From positions 124,001-188,000 of the forward strand of contig NIVC01000567.1 in assembly GCA_002269645.1 (NCBI GenBank): a stretch of DNA of 64,000 nucleotides. Reading direction: 5' to 3'. This DNA comes from Macrostomum lignano (lineage: Eukaryota). Within the stretch, counting starts at the first letter, position 1, and every line of letters begins with the position of its first letter. Made by a program: the position numbers and the translations under genes. Positions 59,001 to 64,000 of the stretch are shown in pieces. Below the pieces are notes generated by a model. That model searched no databases, was not told the DNA's origin, and saw only the letters and a program-made list of their open reading frames with translations.

Positions 59001-62000
59001 CTTGCTCGGCTGGGCGGCGGCAGGGGCGCCACCCTCCGGATGGGGATCGGTGTCCACCTGACCGGTGAGTGGCGTCGGCTCCAGGTCGCTGAGGGGGCCG
59101 GCCTCGCCGTCCACAATGACTTGGGGATCTTCGGGTACTTCGACTTCGTCTATGACGGCTTGGCCTTTGAGGAACAGCTCGAGCTGGTCTGCGGATTAGG
59201 AAAGGGATTTTTTTAAAATATGGGATTCTTTACAAAAGGGGGTTTTATTAGGAGTGGGGATTTTTTTAGGAATGGGAATTTCTACTAGAAATGCGGATTT
59301 CTATTAGTAATTAGGATTTCTATTAGGAATGGGGATTTCTATTAGGAATGGGGATTTCTATTAGGAATGGGGATTTCTATTAGAATTAGGGATTTCTATT
59401 AGAATAAGGGAATTCTATTAGGAATTGGGGATTTCTATTAGAATTAGGGATTTCTATTAGGAATTGGGGATTTCTATTAGGAATTGGGGATTTCTATTAG
59501 GAATGGGATTTCTATTAGGAATTGGGGATTTCTATTAGGAATTGGGGATTTCTATTAGGAATAGGGATTTTTATTAGAATTGGGGATTTCTATTAGGAAT
59601 GGGGATTTCTATTAGAATTAGGGATTTCTATTAGGAATTGGGGATTTCTATTAGGAATTGGGGATTTCTATTAGGAATAGGGATTTTTATTAGAATTGGG
59701 GATTTCTATTAGGAATAGGGATTTTTATTAGAATTGGGGATTTCTATTAGGAATAGGGATTTTTATTAGAATTGGGGATTTCTATTAGGAATGGGGATTT
59801 CTATTAGGAATGGGGATTTCTATTAGGAATGGGGATTTCTATTAGAATTAGGGATTTCTATTAGAATTAGGGATTTCTATTAGGAATTGGGGATTTCTAT
59901 TAGAATTAGGGATTTCTATTAGGAATGGGGATTTCTATTAGAATTAGGGATTTCTATTAGGAATTTGGGATTTCTATTAGGAATTGGGGATTTCTATTAG
60001 GAATGGGATTTCTATTAGGAATTGGGGATTTCTATTAGGAATTGGGGATTTCTATTAGGAATTGGGGATTTCTATTAGGAATTGGGGATTTCTATTAGGA
60101 ATTGGGGATTTCTATTAGGAATGGGATTTCTATTAGGAATTTGGGATTTCTATTAGGAATTGGGGATTTCTATTAGGAATGGGATTTCTATTAGGAATTT
60201 GGGATTTCTATTAGGAATTTGGGATTTCTATTAGGAATGGGATTTCTATTAGGAATTTGGGATTTCTATTAGGAATTGGGGATTTCTATTAGGAATGGGG
60301 ATTTCTATTAGGAATGGGGATTTCTATTAGGAATAGGGATTTTTATTAGAATTGGGGATTTTATTAGAATTGAGAATTCTCATCAGGAATGGTGAAAAAG
60401 ATTTTAGTATCTCACGTTTTTCCACATCCGACTTGAGCCGCTTATTTTTAATCAGAATTTTGTACTTTAGCTTCTCGGGCGGCGGCAGCGGCATTCCAGG
60501 CTCAAGCTAAAAATGGAATTCAATTTTTGTTATATTATTCTTTCAATAAATAGTTAACTATATAACAGTGCAAATAATTTCTATTAATCTCTACTTACAG
60601 GGTATTTCTCCAGCGGTTTACTCAACAAGAAGTCTCCAAGGATGTCTTCGCAATACTTGGCCAGCTTGTATTGCTGAGCTTTGCTGTAAAAAATTGAAGA
60701 AGATAATTAAAAACACTGACAATCCCTATTAAGATTGTTTCATATTAAATATTCATCATCTTACGAGCAATGATTCTCGAATGATAAAATGACGGGCCAA
60801 GCGGATGTAACAAATGCTGTGTCTCGAATAGCGTAGATCACATCCTGAAATAAAAATTGAAAAAATGCATAAAATTGGCACTACACTACTGAAGTCGAAA
60901 TTATAGCAAAAAACAAGAAAAAAATAATTTTTTTAATTTGAAAGGTAGAAAATACTTTTAAAATCTTAGTACACTACTAATAAGTAAAAATGGCAGAAAA
61001 ATGTAAGAAAATGACTAAACTTTTAGTAAAGCTACTACAAAATAAGTAGAGCTGAGAATTTTATTAAAAATAATATTTTAGCAAAAATTACTTTAAATTC
61101 TGAGAACACTACCAATAAGTGAAAATGACGAAAAAATGTAAGATAATTGCTGAATATTTCATTACACACTACTAAATAAGTAGAACTGAGAATTTAACTA
61201 AAAATGTTATATTTCAGTAGAAAGCACTCTAAAATTCTTAGTACACTACTCACAAGTAGAAATGACAGAAAATAATCACCTTAAATAAGATGTCGGTGCA
61301 CATGGCTTTGCCGTGAGTGATAATTGGCTCCTGATCGGGATCTTTGCCGTCCCAGCAATCCAATTCAATGCAACGACAGCCGGCTAATAGAACTTGCCGG
61401 TACATTTCTACCGAGCTTTTACCGCCAAACTGTCTACCAATCAGATAGGTATTGTGCGAACTATTAATGTAGTAGTGCGATAGTGGCTGGTCCATGTCGT
61501 GATGAATCTCCAGTTTGTCCAGGAATACAGGAGCATTGTCGTCCGACATCAGATAGCGATAGAAACCCGCTATGCTAATTTGGCCTGCATGCGAGTAGGG
61601 GTTGGGAGGCGTCTTAGCATATACGGACACATTTAGTGCTCTAGCTAAAGAGAATTGCTGCTCTGAGGACACATTTTACGAATCGGAGAAACTTATTGTT
61701 GCCTAGAGACACGTTTAGCACCATACAGACACATTTCGCTTCATAGAGACACAATTCCTGCCATAGAGACACATTTGGAGCAATAGAAAAATTTAAAACA
61801 ATCGAGCCACATTTAGGTCCATAGAGACACATTTAGGTTCATATAGATACATTTAGATCCATAGAGACACATTTAGGTTCATTTAGATACATTTAGGTTC
61901 ATATAGATACATTTAGGTTCATATAGATACATTTAGGTTCATATAGATACATTTAGATCTCCAGAGAGACATTTAGGCCCATATAGACACATTTAGGTTC

Positions 62001-63821
62001 ATATAGATACATTTAGATCTATAGAGACACATTTAGGTTCATATAGACACATTTAGGTCCATAGAGACACATTTAAGTCCATAGAGACACATTTAAGTCC
62101 ATATAGACACATTTAAGTCCATATAGACTCATTTAAGTCCATATAAACACATTTAGGTCCATAGAGACACATTTAGGTCCATAGAGACACATTTAGGTCC
62201 ATAGAGACACATTTAAGTCCATATAGACACATTTAAGTCCATATAGACACATTTAGGTCCATATGGACACATTTAGCACCATAGAGACACATTCAGCAGT
62301 CCAGAGACACACACAAAGCACCCGATCACTCACGATTCTCTCTATTCTCCTCGCTAGGCTCGTACTGCTTGAGTATATTCTCAATCGTCAATTTATTAGC
62401 AAAAGGATAAAGAATTTCGTTAAGCCTCGGATCGCGCTGGGTAACGTTGAGAAATTCGACCATCTTGTCCTGACTGATCACGCTAGAGTTGTCGGTGCAC
62501 AATTCATTGAACAGGTCTTCGATGTCCTGCCTGGGACAGATTCGATGGTACAATTCGTAGAATTTGTCGAATGTGAAAGTGGCCTGAATTATCTCGTCAT
62601 TCTGCAATTGCAACGATGAGGATTTATATAAAAAAAACAACTTTTTATAATTTTTTAGCTTTCTTTGAAGAGTTTCTTTCGATGCTTTAATTTTACGCCT
62701 TACTAATAGACTAATTTAGCGTCTCACTAATTGCCTAATTTAGGATCTCACTAACTGCCTAATTTGGCGACTCACTAATTGCCTAATTCGGCGACTCACT
62801 AATTGCCTGATTTTGCGCCTGACTAATTGCCTAATTGAGCGGCTCACTAATTGCCTAATTCGGCGACTCATTAATTGGCCTAATTTAACACCTCCCTAAT
62901 TGCCTAACTCGGCGACTCACTAATTGCCTAATTCGGCGGCTCACTAATTGCCTAACTCGGCGACTCACTAATTGCCTAATTGGGCGGCTCACTAATTGCC
63001 TAACTCGGCGACTCATTAATTGGCCTAATTTTAACACCTCCCTAATTGCCTAACTCGGCGACTCACTAATTGCCTAATTCGGCGGCTCACTAATTGCCTA
63101 ACTCGGCGACTCACTAATTGCCTAATTGGGCGGCTCACTAATTGCCTAACTCGGCGACTCATTAATTGGCCTAATTTTAACACCTCCCTAATTGCCTAAC
63201 TCGGCGACTCACTAATTGCCTAATTCGGCGGCTCACTAATTGCCTAACTCGGCGACTCACTAATTGCCTAATTGGGCGGCTCACTAATTGCCTAACTCGG
63301 CGACTCATTAATTGGCCTAATTTTAACACCTCCCTAATTGCCTAACTCGGCGACTCACTAATAGCCTAATTGGGCGGCTCACTAATTGCCTAATTGGGCG
63401 GCTCACTAATTGCCTAATAGGGCGGCTCACTAATTGCCTAATTCGGCGGCTCAATATTTGCATAATTTTTTACCTCACTACTTCACTAATTTGGCGACTC
63501 ATTGATTGCCTAATTTTGTGCCCGACTAATTACCTTTCCAGAAGGCAATCCGAGATCTTTCAAAGTTTGAAAGATGATTTTTTCAGTTTTTCCGGAAGCG
63601 AAGGTCTTGCTGATCACGCGAACTGGGATACAGTTGTTGGCGTTAACTGAGAAGCACAGTTTCATCCAGCTGAAGAAATATGACGATTATTATTTAATAA
63701 ATTATAATGTATTATGAAAATTATAGTTAGTAATATCTTACTGTTTTCTTAGCTGTGTCATCGGACAAACATTGCTAGCCTTGGTATTGTGAGTTAACGG
63801 CCTCAGATCTTGAATCCACGC
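44083..63821 (-). CDS. PLCB4: Phospholipase C beta 4 / NorpA / EGL-8 orthologue, 5'-partial (continues beyond 64000). Exons 63742-63821, 63534-63669, 62334-62601, 61280-61584, 60765-60844, 60599-60683, 60416-60506, 58794-59188, 57224-57365, 55515-55599, 53000-53176, 51994-52550, 49836-50295, 47332-47389, 46578-47000, 44083-44151
   Basis: EF-hand region; X box ([53 protein letters not shown]); Y box ([36 protein letters not shown]); C2 domain ([24 protein letters not shown]); distal coiled coil ([12 protein letters not shown]); C-terminus KPATVV* like mammalian PLCB4a. All 15 junctions are phase-consistent; the donor at 58794 is the least certain. Confidence 0.95.
44976..45119 (-). CDS. Candidate alternative last exon of PLCB4 ([47 protein letters not shown])
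   Basis: Acceptor TTATTTTTATCATTTTATGCAG, phase 0, 47 open codons. Minus-strand AATAAA at 44884-44889. Confidence 0.6.
   Translation of the reverse strand, partial: QIAEELAIPIEDLAHYKSFLEALRSIGESQATLPDESIGLYSSDDYM
45872..45901 (-). CDS. Candidate 30-nt cassette microexon of PLCB4 ([10 protein letters not shown])
   Basis: Strong acceptor TTTTCTTTCTCCCAG and donor GTACGT. Phase 0-0, in frame between exon 46578-47000 and the terminal exons. Confidence 0.45.
48112..48345. repeat. Telomere-like 12/18-bp array (AGGGTTAGGGCTATGTCT)n
   Basis: Direct; ends in GGTTAGGGTTAGG. Confidence 0.88.
48541..48718 (-). CDS. Candidate alternative terminal exon of PLCB4 (truncating; [21 protein letters not shown]...RSDLE*)
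   Basis: TTTTGCAG acceptor. Phase 2 matches upstream exon 49836-50295. 58 further open codons to TAG, GC-richer than the flanks. Confidence 0.55.
49120..49770. repeat. 40-bp minisatellite (GCCCAGGTGAGAGTGACTCATACTAAACCAGATAAACACA)n
   Basis: Direct; no unique spacers. Confidence 0.95.
50355..51975. repeat. 22-bp minisatellite (AGGGTTTAGGAGGAGATTCTCA)n filling a PLC intron
   Basis: Direct. Confidence 0.95.
52598..52975. repeat. (CTA)n microsatellite, reading (AGT)n on the PLC sense strand
   Basis: Direct. Confidence 0.92.
53650..55065. repeat. About 67-bp dimeric satellite switching to a 33-bp monomer array
   Basis: Dimer of ATAGTGGAGACAGGGGCGGAAAACCC-like and ATAGTGGTGATAGGGGGCGGATAACCC-like halves to about 54780, then 33-bp units. 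Confidence 0.92.
55680..56970. repeat. 24-bp minisatellite (GAGGCCATTCTCAATGACTGATTT)n
   Basis: Direct. Confidence 0.95.
57395..58650. repeat. 17-bp G-rich minisatellite (TGTGGGGGAGGATGAGG)n
   Basis: Direct; source of the Pro/His/Ser-rich ORFs. Confidence 0.93.
59240..60390. repeat. 19-20-bp minisatellite (ATTGGGGATTTCTATTAGGA)n
   Basis: Direct. Confidence 0.93.
61690..62310. repeat. 20-bp minisatellite (ATAGAGACACATTTAGGTCC)n
   Basis: Direct. Confidence 0.92.
62710..63530. repeat. 24-bp minisatellite (CTCACTAATTGCCTAATTCGGCGG)n with a 146-bp higher-order unit
   Basis: Direct; variant marker TTGGCC at 62875, 63020, 63166 and 63312. Confidence 0.92.
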
Positions 63822-63904
63822 CTGCGGAAAATAAAATTTTTATAAACAATTAATAACTATGTTCAATAATATTTATTAAAAAGATAGTAAGGCGTGGAGA
63901 AAAG

Positions 63905-64000
63905 CAGACGGAAGACAGAATGGGAGAGTAGACACAGGATGGTGGAGGGTAGACAGTGGATGGAGAGAGTAGACACAGGATGGTGGAGGGTAGACAGTGG
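63905..64000. repeat. Start of a purine-rich tandem array cut by the window edge
   Basis: AGAGTAGACACAGGATGGTGGAGGGTAGACAGTGG occurs twice. Confidence 0.7.

Noticed and set aside
61585-61672. N-terminal extension of ORF 61250-61672 ([19 protein letters not shown]) as a PLC insertion
   Set aside because: Using the CAG acceptor at 61584 restores the exact spacing seen in PLCB4 ([18 protein letters not shown]), so the extension is most likely intronic.

Overview
Eukaryotic (invertebrate animal) genomic DNA, not prokaryotic: GT-AG spliced genes with GC-richer exons in AT-rich, repeat-laden introns. Five protein-coding genes can be reconstructed with frame-consistent splice junctions. They are an intronless LicD/fukutin-family protein (-), a trypsin-like S1A serine protease (+), ARL8 (-), a ZDHHC5/8-type palmitoyltransferase (+, head-to-head with ARL8) and a 5'-partial PLC-beta4/NorpA/EGL-8 orthologue (-) with several candidate alternative C-terminal exons. 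About 30 distinct micro- and minisatellite arrays fill most large introns and account for nearly all the long low-complexity ORFs in the track. ZDHHC intron 1 carries two non-autonomous hAT-type elements with TIRs and 8-bp TSDs; one contains a nested long-TIR mariner relic and a candidate recursive splice site. No rRNA, tRNA or CRISPR array was found. All calls are by eye and by recalled family motifs; no database search was run, and repeat boundaries are approximate.
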